Assembly (NCBI GenBank): GCA_963708025.1 | Contig: CAVPSB010000010.1 | Coordinates: forward strand, 164,455-228,454 | Source of the DNA: an uncultured Candidatus Rokubacteria bacterium | GTDB taxonomy: Bacteria; Methylomirabilota; Methylomirabilia; Rokubacteriales; DASRDR01 | DNA: 64,000 nucleotides | Direction: 5' to 3' | Part shown: positions 22,170-31,650 of the stretch, in pieces | Layout of the letters: each line of letters opens with the position of its first letter | How positions within the stretch are numbered: the first letter of the stretch is position 1 | The notes under the pieces: generated by a model | What the model was told of the DNA's origin: nothing | Databases searched by the model: none | What the model saw: the letters and a program-made list of their open reading frames with translations, nothing else | Position numbers and translations under genes: made by a program

Positions 22170-22658
22170 ATGTGGGTTGAGATGAAGGTGCGCGGACTCG
22201 CCCTCGACCCGGTGTCGAACATGCCGATCATCATCCTGCGGGACGAGGAGGAGAAGCGCTCGCTCCCCATCTGGGTCGGCATCTTCGAGGCCAACGCCAT
22301 CGCCCTCGAGCTCGAGAAGATCACCACGCCCCGCCCGATGACCCACGACCTCATCAAGAACATCGTCGAGTCCGTGGACGCGAAGGTCGAAAAGATCGTC
22401 GTCAACGACCTGCGCGACAACACGTTCTTCGCCCTCATCCATCTCCGCCTCGGCGAGGAGGAGATTACGGTGGACTCCCGCCCGTCCGACGCCATCGCGC
22501 TGGCGCTGCGCGTCGGGGCGCCCATCTTCGTGGATGACGACGTCGTGCGGCGCGCCAAGAGCGTCGAAGTGGCGCCCAAGGAGTCGGACGACCAGGAGAA
22601 GCTCAAGGAGTGGCTCGAGAACCTCAAGCCGGAGGATTTCGGCAAGTACAAGATGTAG
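22170..22658 (+). CDS. Bifunctional nuclease family protein (DUF151)
   Basis: [34 protein letters not shown]. Confidence 0.93.
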   Translation: MWVEMKVRGLALDPVSNMPIIILRDEEEKRSLPIWVGIFEANAIALELEKITTPRPMTHDLIKNIVESVDAKVEKIVVNDLRDNTFFALIHLRLGEEEITVDSRPSDAIALALRVGAPIFVDDDVVRRAKSVEVAPKESDDQEKLKEWLENLKPEDFGKYKM

Positions 22659-22678
22659 CCGGCGCCGGCACTCGCCCC

Positions 22679-23824
22679 GTGCGCGTCGGCCTCTTCACCA
22701 ACAACTACCTCCCCATGCTCGGGGGCGTCGCCCGGGCCGTCGAGACCATGCGGGCGACCCTCGAGGCTCTCGGCCACCAGGTCGTCGTCATCGCGCCCCG
22801 CATGGCGGGCGCCGTCGCCACGCCCGGGGTCCTCCGGGTGCCGGCGGTGCCGGCGCCGACCTACCCCGACTTCGCGCTGCCGCTCCCGCTGTCGCCCGGC
22901 TGGGTCCGGCGGATCGCGGCGCTCGAGCTCGACGTCTTCCACGCCCAGCACCCCTTCCTGCTCGGCGGCGCCGCGCGCCGGCTGGCCCGGCGGCTCGGCC
23001 GGCCGCTCGTCTTCACCTACCACACGCTCTACGACAAGTACGCCCACTACGTGCCGCTGCCCCGCCCGCTCGTGGCCCGGCAAGCGGTGCGCTGGAGCAC
23101 GCGCTTCGCGAACCAGGCCGACCTCGTCATCGCCCCGTCCGCCGGGCTGGCGGAGCGGCTCCGGACGCAGGGCGTGCGGCGGCCGACGGTCGTGCTGCCC
23201 ACCGGCGTGGACCTGGCCCGCTTCCGCCCCGGCGACGCGGCCTCGGCCCGCGCCGCCCTCGGCCTGCCGGCGGGCCCGCTGGCGCTGTACGTGGGCCGCC
23301 TGGATCGGGAGAAGAACCTGGGCTTTCTCCTCCAGGCCTTCGAGCGGATAGCGACCCGGCACCCCGGGATCGAGCTGGTGCTGGTCGGTCGCGGCACCCA
23401 GGAGGCGGCGCTTCGTCGCCAGGTCCGCCACCAGGCGGCCGGGCCCCGGGTTCGCTTCGCCGGGGGCATCGGCCTCGACGCGGTCGTCCGCTACTACCAG
23501 GCCGCCGACCTCTTCCTGTTCGCCTCGACCACGGAGACGCAGGGGCTGGCCGTCCTGGAGGCGATGGCCGTGGGGTTGCCGGTCGTCGCGGTGCGCGCCT
23601 CCGGCGTGGAGGAAGCGGTCGTGGATGGCGTGAGCGGGCTCCTCGTGCCCGAGGAGCCGGAGGCCTTCGCGGCCGCGGCCCTCGAGGTGTTAGGCGACGC
23701 CGGCCTCGCCGCCAAGCTCCGGTCGGGCGCCCGCGAGGCATCGCGGCTGGTCGCCGCGGCCCCGCTGGGCCGGCGGCTGGTGGCTCTCTACCGGGCGCTC
23801 GGCCCGGCGGCGAGACCGGCGTGA
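22679..23824 (+). CDS. Glycosyltransferase family 4 (diacylglycerol glucosyltransferase-like)
   Basis: FTNNYLP..GGV, HAQHPF, FTYHT.Y, YVGRL.REKN, ETQGLAVLEAMA. Confidence 0.9.
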   Translation: MRVGLFTNNYLPMLGGVARAVETMRATLEALGHQVVVIAPRMAGAVATPGVLRVPAVPAPTYPDFALPLPLSPGWVRRIAALELDVFHAQHPFLLGGAARRLARRLGRPLVFTYHTLYDKYAHYVPLPRPLVARQAVRWSTRFANQADLVIAPSAGLAERLRTQGVRRPTVVLPTGVDLARFRPGDAASARAALGLPAGPLALYVGRLDREKNLGFLLQAFERIATRHPGIELVLVGRGTQEAALRRQVRHQAAGPRVRFAGGIGLDAVVRYYQAADLFLFASTTETQGLAVLEAMAVGLPVVAVRASGVEEAVVDGVSGLLVPEEPEAFAAAALEVLGDAGLAAKLRSGAREASRLVAAAPLGRRLVALYRALGPAARPA

Positions 23825-24072
23825 CTGCCGGATCCCGGGCGATCCGCGTGACGTTCCAGGACGACTGGGGGATGCCCGGGCACCGCGGCCTCCTCGACCT
23901 GGATCCGCGGGTGCGCACGCTCTGCCGGGTGCTCGTCTCCTATCCCGAGGTGCGCCACATCCTGCCCGATCGCGTGAGCGTGGACGCGGTGGCCTCGACC
24001 GAGACCCTGGACAGCATGTCGCGATTTCTCAGCCGGCAGCGCTGGCTGGTCCGCGAGGTGGCCGTCGAGTGA
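23821..24072 (+). CDS. Small hypothetical protein (83 aa)
   Basis: GTGA overlap with the GT4 stop; protein-like composition and GC3 bias. Confidence 0.6.
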   Translation: MTAGSRAIRVTFQDDWGMPGHRGLLDLDPRVRTLCRVLVSYPEVRHILPDRVSVDAVASTETLDSMSRFLSRQRWLVREVAVE

Positions 24073-24226
24073 GACACCCTGGGTCAACCTTCGGGTTGCT
24101 CTGGGCAGGCGCCGCCCATGAATCGCCCAGCGCCCCCCCTCCCCCCGGCCAAAGGCCGGAGGCCGTCCACTGGTGGGGAGGGGTCGCCAAAGGCCGAAGG
24201 CCGTCAATGGGTGGGGGTGGACCCGA

Positions 24227-24577
24227 GTGAGCCACGGCGAGAGCCTCGAGCGAACCGAGCAGGAGATTCGCCAGGCGAAGGCCGAGGCGCTGGGCCGGGC
24301 CGGCGAGCGGCTGGACGCGGTGCTCGCGCGCCTGGCCGCCTGGGATCGGGACCTCGAGCGACTCTCGGCCGAGGCCGGCCTGGACCCCGGCCGGCAGGGG
24401 CAGGTCGCCCGGGAGACCGCGGCGCGCGACGGCCTGCGCGACGAGGCCGTGCGGCTCCGCCACACGCTCGTGATCCAGCGGGAGGCCATCGGGATCCGTC
24501 GGCACGGCCCGGTCGAGGAGCGCTATCCGATCCCACCGCGTCGGGCATCAGGACGACAATCTACTGCAGGGAGTTAG
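24227..24577 (+). CDS. Hypothetical helical protein
   Basis: EQEIRQAKAEALGRAGERL...LVIQREAIG...YPIP; coiled-coil-like. Confidence 0.65.
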   Translation: MSHGESLERTEQEIRQAKAEALGRAGERLDAVLARLAAWDRDLERLSAEAGLDPGRQGQVARETAARDGLRDEAVRLRHTLVIQREAIGIRRHGPVEERYPIPPRRASGRQSTAGS

Positions 24578-24670
24578 GATGGCTTGGCTGAGATCGGGCT
24601 CGAGATGCGATCCGGTCCGCCATCGGCGCGCCGCGTCCCGGACGCGCGTGGGGCCCCGCCGAGGGGGGCC

Positions 24671-25990
24671 ATGATCTGGGACCCCGCCGCCGAGTGTCTA
24701 GTCGGGCCGGAGCTGGAGCGGCTCCAGGTCGAGCGCTTGCGGGCCACCGTCCGGTGGTGCGCCGAGCGCGTGCCGTTCTACCGGGCGGCGCTCGACGCGG
24801 CCGGGGTCGCCGCCGAGACGATCCGGCAGGTCGCGGACCTCGTGCGGCTGCCGTTCACCGTCAAGGCCGACCTCCGCGACCACTACCCCTTCGGGCTCTT
24901 CGCGGTCTCGCGCGAAGAGGTGCGGCGGATCCACGCCTCTTCGGGGACCCGGGGCAAGCCGACGGTCGTCGGCTACACGCGGCGCGACCTGGAGACGTGG
25001 AGCGCCTGCATGGCCCGGGGGCTGGTGTCGGCAGGGGCGCGGCCGGGCGACCTCCTGCACCTCGCGTTCGGCTACGGGCTCTTCACCGGTGGGCTCGGGT
25101 TCCACGGGGGCGCCGAGCGGCTGGGGCTGACCGTGGTGCCGGCCTCCTCCGGGAACACCCTGCGCCAGGTCCTGCTCCTCCAGGACTTCCGACCCCAGGG
25201 TCTGGCCTGCACCCCGTCGTTCGCCCTGCACCTGGCGGAGGCGCTGCGCGAAGCCGGCGCGGACGGCCGGGAGCTCGGGCTCCGGTACGGCATCTTCGGC
25301 GCCGAGCCGTGGAGCGAGGGGATGCGACGCGAGATCGAGGCGGCCTTCGGGCTCCGGGCCGTCAACGTCTACGGGCTCTCGGAGGTTATCGGCCCCGGGG
25401 TCGCGGCCGAGTGCGAGGCCCGGGCAGGCCTCCACGTCAACGAGGACCACTTCCTGGTGGAGGTCGTCGACCCGGCCACCGGGACGCCGCTCGAGCCCGG
25501 CCGGGAAGGGGAGCTCGTCTTCACCAGCCTCACCAAGGAGGCGCTGCCGATCCTTCGCTATCGAACGGGGGATCTCTCGGCGCTCACCCGGGAGCCCTGC
25601 GGCTGCGGCCGCACGCTGGCGCGGATGGCCCGGATCAAGGGGCGGACGGACGACATGCTCGTGATCCGCGGGGTCAACGTCTACCCCTCCCAGATCGAGG
25701 CCGTCCTGCTGGCCTTGCCGGAGCTCGCACCCCACTACCAGCTCGTCGTCGACCGCGCGGGGGCGCTCCCGCGACTGGAGGTGCAGGTCGAGGTGGCCGA
25801 GGGGCTGGCTCGCCAGTGGGGCGACGTCCGCCCGGAGCGGCCCGAGGTGGCGCGGCTGCGCGCTCTGGTGGCCGAGCGCCTGCGGGCCAGCCTGGCGATC
25901 GCAACCGAGGTAATGGTGATGGCGCCGAAGACGGTGACGCGCAGCGAGGGCAAGGCGGTGCGGGTCGTCGAGAAGAGGAGGCCGGAATGA
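24671..25990 (+). CDS. paaK: Phenylacetate--CoA ligase
   Basis: RIHASSGT.GKP, GYGLFTGGLG, GIFGAEPW, YGLSEVIGPGV, RYRTGD, GRTDDMLVIRGVNVYP. Confidence 0.92.
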   Translation: MIWDPAAECLVGPELERLQVERLRATVRWCAERVPFYRAALDAAGVAAETIRQVADLVRLPFTVKADLRDHYPFGLFAVSREEVRRIHASSGTRGKPTVVGYTRRDLETWSACMARGLVSAGARPGDLLHLAFGYGLFTGGLGFHGGAERLGLTVVPASSGNTLRQVLLLQDFRPQGLACTPSFALHLAEALREAGADGRELGLRYGIFGAEPWSEGMRREIEAAFGLRAVNVYGLSEVIGPGVAAECEARAGLHVNEDHFLVEVVDPATGTPLEPGREGELVFTSLTKEALPILRYRTGDLSALTREPCGCGRTLARMARIKGRTDDMLVIRGVNVYPSQIEAVLLALPELAPHYQLVVDRAGALPRLEVQVEVAEGLARQWGDVRPERPEVARLRALVAERLRASLAIATEVMVMAPKTVTRSEGKAVRVVEKRRPE

Positions 25991-26823
25991 GCACGGACGA
26001 GCGCGAGAGGCAGGCGCGCCTGCTGGCGCAGATCGCGGCCGGCGAGAAGATCCAGGGCCCGGAGGAGATGACGCCGGCCTACCGGGACAACCTGGTCCAC
26101 CTCATGACGATGCAGGCCGACTCCGAGCTGGCCGGGGCCTACGGCTACGTGCCGTGGATCATGAAGGCGCCCACGGTCGAGGAGAAGCTGGTGGTGGCCC
26201 AGATCGTCAAGGACGAGACCCGCCACGCCAAGGTCATGTACGACCTCCTCCAGGAGCTCGGCTTCGACGTCGAGGGCCACGTGCGCCCCCACGACCAGGC
26301 CTTCGCCCGCCGCCTGGATGACCCCGAAGCAGACATCGGGACGGCGCGGATCGGGACCGACAAGCGGGTCAACATATTCTATTATCCGATCGACACCTGG
26401 GCGGACTTCGTGATGTTCAACTTCTGCATGGACCGGGGCGCCGGGCACCAGCTCGAGGACACCCGGCGCTGCTCGTACGGCCCGTGGGCCCGCGCCATCG
26501 AGGGCATCTTCAAGGAAGAGAAGATGCACATCCGCCACGGCGAGCTGTGGGTCAAGCGCCTGGCCGACGACCCGGCCACGCGGGAGGAGGCCGAGCGGAC
26601 CTTCCACAAGTGGTACGTCCGGACCATGAACATCTTCGGGCGACCCGGCAGCTCAAAGAACCGGCTGTACCGGGAGCTCGGCCTCAAGGTCCGCGACAAC
26701 GACGAGGTGCGGCGGGCCTTCGCCGAGGAGGTCCGGGGCCTCGTCGAGCCGCTCGGCTGGCGGGTGCCGGACTGGAAGCCGAACTGGGAGACCTTGCCCG
26801 AGGAGGCCCAGATCCCGGGCTGA
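25987..26823 (+). CDS. paaA: Phenylacetyl-CoA epoxidase subunit A-like ferritin-fold di-iron protein
   Basis: QADSELAG, KAPT, DETRH, CSYGPW, EEKMH, LK..NDE.R; coupled to paaK. Confidence 0.8.
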   Translation: MSTDERERQARLLAQIAAGEKIQGPEEMTPAYRDNLVHLMTMQADSELAGAYGYVPWIMKAPTVEEKLVVAQIVKDETRHAKVMYDLLQELGFDVEGHVRPHDQAFARRLDDPEADIGTARIGTDKRVNIFYYPIDTWADFVMFNFCMDRGAGHQLEDTRRCSYGPWARAIEGIFKEEKMHIRHGELWVKRLADDPATREEAERTFHKWYVRTMNIFGRPGSSKNRLYRELGLKVRDNDEVRRAFAEEVRGLVEPLGWRVPDWKPNWETLPEEAQIPG

Positions 26824-26967
26824 CCGGGACCTGCGGGAGCCATTCCCGGCGATTCAGGCTGGGTGGAGCCGGGCGGTCGCAATGTCCGATAAGAGGGCTT
26901 CTGTCAAGTTGCGCATCCGAGCGTGGCCGGGCGTGCGGGCTGGCTGGATGCGAAGGAGGCTCGCCGC

Positions 26968-27606
26968 CTAGGCGGCGGCAGCGCCCAGGATGGCGAGGCG
27001 GGCTCGCGCCTCCTCGGCCCGAACCGAGTCCGGGGCCTCCTTGAGGAGGCGGCGGTAGCTCTCGATGGCGGCGTCGGGCTGCTTGAGCGTCTCCTGGACC
27101 CGGGCCACGGCGAGGAGCGATTCGCCGAACAGGAAATCCTTGGGCCCGCGCCCCTTCAGAACCCCCTGGTACGCCTCGAGCGCCCGGGCGGGCTCGTTCT
27201 TTGCCTCCCAGACGTAGCCCGCTCCCAGCCGGCCCAGGGCCCCGATGCTCCCGCCGTCCCGGCGCCCCGCCTCGCCGAAGGCCGCCAGCGCCGCGTCGTG
27301 GGCGCCTCGTCGATACTCGAGGTTGCCCAGCAAGTACCAGGCCTGCGCCGCCGGAGCCGAACGCGGGTGGTCCTTGAGGAACGCCGTGAGCGTCTTGGCG
27401 ATCTCGGCCAGGCGGGCGTCGTCGCCGCCGGCCATCGCCTGCTGGTAGCTGGCCGTGAGCACGGCGAAGCCCCGGCGCGCGGAGGCCTCACGCTGCTGGA
27501 GCACGGTCCACACCGCCACCCCGAGAAAGAGGGCGACGAGCAGGCCGCCGATCCCGAGCAGGATCCACCGCGTGGCCGCGGGCAGCTCGGCGAGCCAGTC
27601 CCTCAC
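26968..27606 (-). CDS. Membrane-anchored TPR protein (YfgM/CpoB-like)
   Basis: N-terminal TM followed by TPR-like helices (AWYLLG, A..A...Y). Confidence 0.8.
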   Translation of the reverse strand: MRDWLAELPAATRWILLGIGGLLVALFLGVAVWTVLQQREASARRGFAVLTASYQQAMAGGDDARLAEIAKTLTAFLKDHPRSAPAAQAWYLLGNLEYRRGAHDAALAAFGEAGRRDGGSIGALGRLGAGYVWEAKNEPARALEAYQGVLKGRGPKDFLFGESLLAVARVQETLKQPDAAIESYRRLLKEAPDSVRAEEARARLAILGAAAA

Positions 27607-28394
27607 CGCACCTCGCGAACGGTCGTGGCGGGGACCCAGCCCTCGGTGCCGTTGGTGGCGCGCACCTTGATCCAGTGGCCGCCATCGAAGATCAGGGTGT
27701 TGAAGATCCAGAGCCGCCGGTCGATGGCGTCGACGTACGTGAGCTGGTCACCCCGCAGCACCCGGCCCACCGTCGGCGCGCCCGACAGTGCGTCGCGATG
27801 GAGCGGGCTCTCGGCCACGACCACCTCCAGACGCGGTCGCGTGGCCGGGCGGGCCACCCCATCGCCGGGCGCCACCGCCGCCACGGCGGGGGCCAAGGCC
27901 GGGGCGGTCACCGGCGCCGGCGAGGCTGCGGGGGCGGGCTCGGGTGCGGTCGCGGCGGGGGGCTGGTACAGGGAGACCGGCGGCAGTCCCGCATCCCAGG
28001 GTGAGGCAGTCGTGGACACCGGCGTCGCCCAAGCGGCTGGCGTCGGGGGACTCACCGGGCCAGGGGTCGCGGCGCCGGGCGCCGCGCCATCGGCGCGGAA
28101 CAGCCGCAGTTCCTCGACCGTGATCGCCAGTTCGCCCAGGGCCGTCCGGGCGCGGACCCGACCGCCGACGAGCGTGCCGCGCAACACCCGGCCGTCCTTC
28201 AGCCGGATCTCGGTGGGGGCCAGCATCCCGACGGTCTCCGGCAGGACCTCGATGAGATCGGAGCCCGTCGAAACCAGGAGTGGCTCGCTTGCCAGGTCGC
28301 CCTCGATCCGGCTCCCGTTCGCGAAGAGCAACTCCCCGGCGGCGGTCGGTCCGGCGAGCGCGACGACGATGGCGAGGACCGCGACCGGTCTCAT
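27603..28394 (-). CDS. Secreted hypothetical protein with Pro/Ala linker and C-terminal SH3-like domain
   Basis: Signal peptide MRPVAVLAIVVALAG; C-terminal W.KVR...G.EGWV. Confidence 0.7.
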   Translation of the reverse strand: MRPVAVLAIVVALAGPTAAGELLFANGSRIEGDLASEPLLVSTGSDLIEVLPETVGMLAPTEIRLKDGRVLRGTLVGGRVRARTALGELAITVEELRLFRADGAAPGAATPGPVSPPTPAAWATPVSTTASPWDAGLPPVSLYQPPAATAPEPAPAASPAPVTAPALAPAVAAVAPGDGVARPATRPRLEVVVAESPLHRDALSGAPTVGRVLRGDQLTYVDAIDRRLWIFNTLIFDGGHWIKVRATNGTEGWVPATTVREVR

Positions 28395-28837
28395 GGCAAC
28401 GACGTGGTCTCGAGCCTCGCCTTGGCGCCCCGCTCGACGACGATCTCGCCCTTCACCGACGCTCCGTCCGCCGCCGTGAAGCTGCCGCTCTTCAGGTTGC
28501 CGGTCAGGACGCCCTGGGGTAGGATCTCCACCCGGCCGGCCGCGCTGAGATTGCCGCGGACCTTGCCGCCGACGACGATCGTCGAAGCCGTGATGTCGGC
28601 GTCGACTTCGGCGCGATCCCCGATGACCACGATGCCCTGCACGTTGACCACGCCCTCGAACCGGCCGGCCAGGTCGAGGTCCCCTTCCCCGGAGATCTCG
28701 CCCTTGATGGACAGCTTCTCGCCCACGCGAAAGGCGGTGGACGGGAGCGCGGGACGGACCGACGTCGGGGTTGGCTCCTCGTCGTCGTCGTCGCCGCCGG
28801 CGTCGAAGCCGAAAAACCGCTGGATTGCCCTCAACAC
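28391..28837 (-). CDS. Bactofilin (polymer-forming cytoskeletal protein)
   Basis: IKGEI.GEGDL...G.FEG, V.GKVRGN, G.L.G.LKSGS.....GA.VKG. Confidence 0.88.
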   Translation of the reverse strand: MLRAIQRFFGFDAGGDDDDEEPTPTSVRPALPSTAFRVGEKLSIKGEISGEGDLDLAGRFEGVVNVQGIVVIGDRAEVDADITASTIVVGGKVRGNLSAAGRVEILPQGVLTGNLKSGSFTAADGASVKGEIVVERGAKARLETTSLP

Positions 28838-28874
28838 TCCCGACCCCCGATGCCCGATCTCGAAAACGCGATTT

Positions 28875-28903
28875 ACTGTAGCGGCAGGGACGTCGAATGT
28901 CAA
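28875..28903 (-). promoter_or_regulatory. Sigma70-type promoter for the bactofilin operon
   Basis: Minus-strand TTGACA (28898-28903), 17 nt, TACAGT (28875-28880). Confidence 0.6.
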
Positions 28904-28990
28904 GACAGAAGGGGGCCAACCGCTCTTAATACTTGACATCTGAGGCTCTCCTCCGCGACAGTGGAGCCGCCCGAGAGGAGGTGGACGATC

Positions 28991-29296
28991 GTGAACTGCC
29001 CCCACTGCGGCCGCGCCGTGATCTGCGCGGCCTGCGGCAGCGCTGTCGAGGATGGCGCCGGCGCGGACCGGAGCCGCGAATCCCCGGGCGGAGCATCGCC
29101 AAGCGCGGAGCCCGGCGAGAACACGTTCCTCATCGTCGCTCGCGGCCACGACGAGCTACTGTCCCAACTCAAGGAGGTCGTCGGGGACCTTGGCTGGGTC
29201 CGGCTCGTCGAGGATCGACGGCGCGACAACGAGACGATCCTGCCTCGAGAAGGCCGGCAGGGTACCGTCCACATCGATCAGGACCTGAACCCGTAG
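28991..29296 (+). CDS. Small protein with N-terminal CxxC-CxxC and a C-terminal IVAR...DRRR domain
   Basis: GAGGAG RBS; CPHC and CAAC; upstream TTGACA 28933-28938. Confidence 0.6.
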   Translation: MNCPHCGRAVICAACGSAVEDGAGADRSRESPGGASPSAEPGENTFLIVARGHDELLSQLKEVVGDLGWVRLVEDRRRDNETILPREGRQGTVHIDQDLNP

Positions 29297-29376
29297 TCTG
29301 GGCCGGCCGCCGGGCCGCCCCGGATCCCCCGGAGTCCATCGATCGACCGCGGTAGCTCCTCGCGGGTCGGTCTCCC

Positions 29377-29817
29377 TCACGGCGCGGTCGCCACGACCCG
29401 GAACACCGGATGTCGGGACGCCTCGGTCAGGAACGCGCCGAGCTCGGACTGCGGGGTGGCGTCGAAGAACGGCCGGGTGATCGGCACCTGCCGGACGTAG
29501 CGCTGCAGGACGGGCGCGGCTTCCGCCGGCTCCAGCTCGAAGACGACCACCGTCTCCGCCCGGCCGCCGCGGCTCAGTGTGACCTCGGCCGCCGCGCGCG
29601 CGTTGCGGACCCAGGCGACGTCGCCGTACGGCGCGACCAGCCAGCGCAGTCCGTCCTCCTCGACGAGGGTGACCGGCGTCGAGACGGGCCGCCCGCTCCG
29701 CCGACCCCGGACGGTCAGGAGATAGGTATGCCGAGGCCCGAGCCCCCACCGAAGCAGGAGCCGGACCAAGGCGTTCAGCGCCCGGCGCGACCGACTCAGG
29801 CGATACGTCGCCGCCAT
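29377..29817 (-). CDS. Deazaflavin (F420)-dependent nitroreductase-family protein (DUF385-like)
   Basis: LLTVRGRRSG...TPV, WVRNARA, HPVFR. Confidence 0.85.
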   Translation of the reverse strand: MAATYRLSRSRRALNALVRLLLRWGLGPRHTYLLTVRGRRSGRPVSTPVTLVEEDGLRWLVAPYGDVAWVRNARAAAEVTLSRGGRAETVVVFELEPAEAAPVLQRYVRQVPITRPFFDATPQSELGAFLTEASRHPVFRVVATAP

Positions 29818-30130
29818 GGTCGGAGACAAGCAGAGTCCTGGCGTTGGCGAGCTCGACCAGGTTCCACGGGATCGATTTCAGGCTACCCCGGCCAACCCGG
29901 TGGGGTCAAGCCGAGCGCGCCCGAGCGGCGCCGGCTTCCCTACCCCGTCCGCGGCTTGACAACGATCCCGGGCTGGCTCAGGATGCTGCGCGTAGCGTGA
30001 TCACCCGCCGGTCGCTCGATTCGATCCACCCGCGCCCCTGCCCGTCGGTCACCCGACGTCGACCTGACCGGCATCCGGCCAGGCGCGCGTCCGGGACGAG
30101 CGAGCCCCGCGGCCCGCAGAGGGAGACTGG

Positions 30131-30505
30131 ATGACGTCGGCACGGGAACGCCGCGTCCTCGTCGTGGACGACGACACCACCATCGCCGCGACGTTCAGCG
30201 AGATTCTCGGGGGTGAGGGCTATGAGGTCGTCACCGCCGGCACCGGGGCCGAGGCCATCCAGCTCGCGCGGGAGCGCGCCTTCGACCTGATCCTGCTCGA
30301 TCTCGTCATGCCGGGCATGGACGGGCTGACGACGCTGCGGCGGCTCCGCGCGGTCGATCCCCGGGCGGCCGTCGTCATCCTGGCGGCCAATGTCGAGCCG
30401 GAGGGCGAGGTCGTGGCGCTCGGCCTCGGGGCGGCCGCCGTCCTGCTCAAGCCGCCGGACATCCCGAAGCTCCTGAGCCTGGCGGACGAGTTGACCGATC
30501 GCTGA
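30131..30505 (+). CDS. Single-domain response regulator receiver
   Basis: VLVVDDD, DLILLDLVMPGMDG, LLKP. Confidence 0.88.
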   Translation: MTSARERRVLVVDDDTTIAATFSEILGGEGYEVVTAGTGAEAIQLARERAFDLILLDLVMPGMDGLTTLRRLRAVDPRAAVVILAANVEPEGEVVALGLGAAAVLLKPPDIPKLLSLADELTDR

Positions 30506-30520
30506 CAGACGAGAGGCGCC

Positions 30521-30967
30521 ATGCTGAAAGAGTTCAAGACGTTCGTCATGCGCGGCAATGTGCTCGACCTGGCGGTCGGCGTCGTGATCGGCGCGGCCTT
30601 CGGCAAGATCGTGACGTCGTTCGTGAGCGACATCCTGATGCCGCCCATCGGCCTGCTCCTGGGCCGCGTCGATTTCACGAACCTGTTCGTCAACCTCTCG
30701 GGCCAGGCGTATCCGACCATCGCGGCCGCCAAGGCCGCCGGGGCCCCCACCCTCAACTACGGCCTGTTCCTGAACGCAATCATCGACTTCCTCATCGTCG
30801 CCTTCGTGATCTTCCTGGTCGTCCGGCAGTTCAACCGGTGGGCCCAGGCGCCGGAGCCGGCCACGGCTCCGACCACTCGGGAGTGCCCGCTCTGCGCAAC
30901 GAGCATTCCGCTGAAGGCGCGCCGCTGCCCGCACTGCACCTCGGACGTGCCGGTGCCCGCGGCCTGA
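30521..30967 (+). CDS. mscL: Large-conductance mechanosensitive channel with C-terminal zinc-ribbon
   Basis: [45 protein letters not shown]...CPHC. Confidence 0.95.
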   Translation: MLKEFKTFVMRGNVLDLAVGVVIGAAFGKIVTSFVSDILMPPIGLLLGRVDFTNLFVNLSGQAYPTIAAAKAAGAPTLNYGLFLNAIIDFLIVAFVIFLVVRQFNRWAQAPEPATAPTTRECPLCATSIPLKARRCPHCTSDVPVPAA

Positions 30968-30973
30968 CCGCGC

Positions 30974-31650
30974 TCACCGCGGCGTGGTGACCTGGCGCCA
31001 GGTCACCCCCGTGAAGTCCGCCACGACCATCCGCACGCCGGCCTCCCGAAGGGCGGCTTCCGAACAGGTCGTGGCCACGCCGACTACGGACATCCCGGCC
31101 CGGCGAGCCGCGGACCACCCGACCAGCGCGTCCTCGAACACCACGCAGGCGGCAGGCGCTACCTGGAGGCGGGCCGCGACGTCGGTAGACCTCGGGGTCG
31201 GGCTTGCCCGGCCGGACGTCGTGCCCCGTCACCTGCACCGGGAAGGCGTCGGCCAGGCCCAGGGTCGCGAGGATGGGGTCACTCGCTCCGGCAGCGCCGA
31301 CGTCGCCAGGGCCCGCAGCGCACGCCGAGCCCGCCCAGCGCTCGCACGAAGCGCACCACGCCGGGCACGTCGCCGCACCGTCCCACCCGACACCTCCGTC
31401 GTAGAGCGCCGCCTTGCGCCGGGTCAGCCGCTCGATCTCGTCCGGAGTCGACCGGCCGACCCAGCAGGGTGGGAAGCGACTCCCGGACCGGGCGGCCCAG
31501 CGTGCGCTCCGCCACCTCGGCCCGCGTGAGCGATGACCCCCTCCTCGAGGCAGAGCCGGCGCCACGCCGCATGATGATGCGGCTCGCTGTCGACCAGCAC
31601 GCCGTCCATGTCGAAGATGGCCGCCCGCGGCCGCTCCGACGGCTCACGCG
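30974..31650 (-). CDS. HAD family phosphatase (beta-PGM-like), frameshifted
   Basis: AAIFDMDGVLVDSE, GKPDPEVY and VVFED fragments in different frames. Confidence 0.8.

Noticed and set aside
24148..24216. Possible mini CRISPR array
   Set aside because: Only two imperfect repeats with a 7-nt spacer and no cas genes
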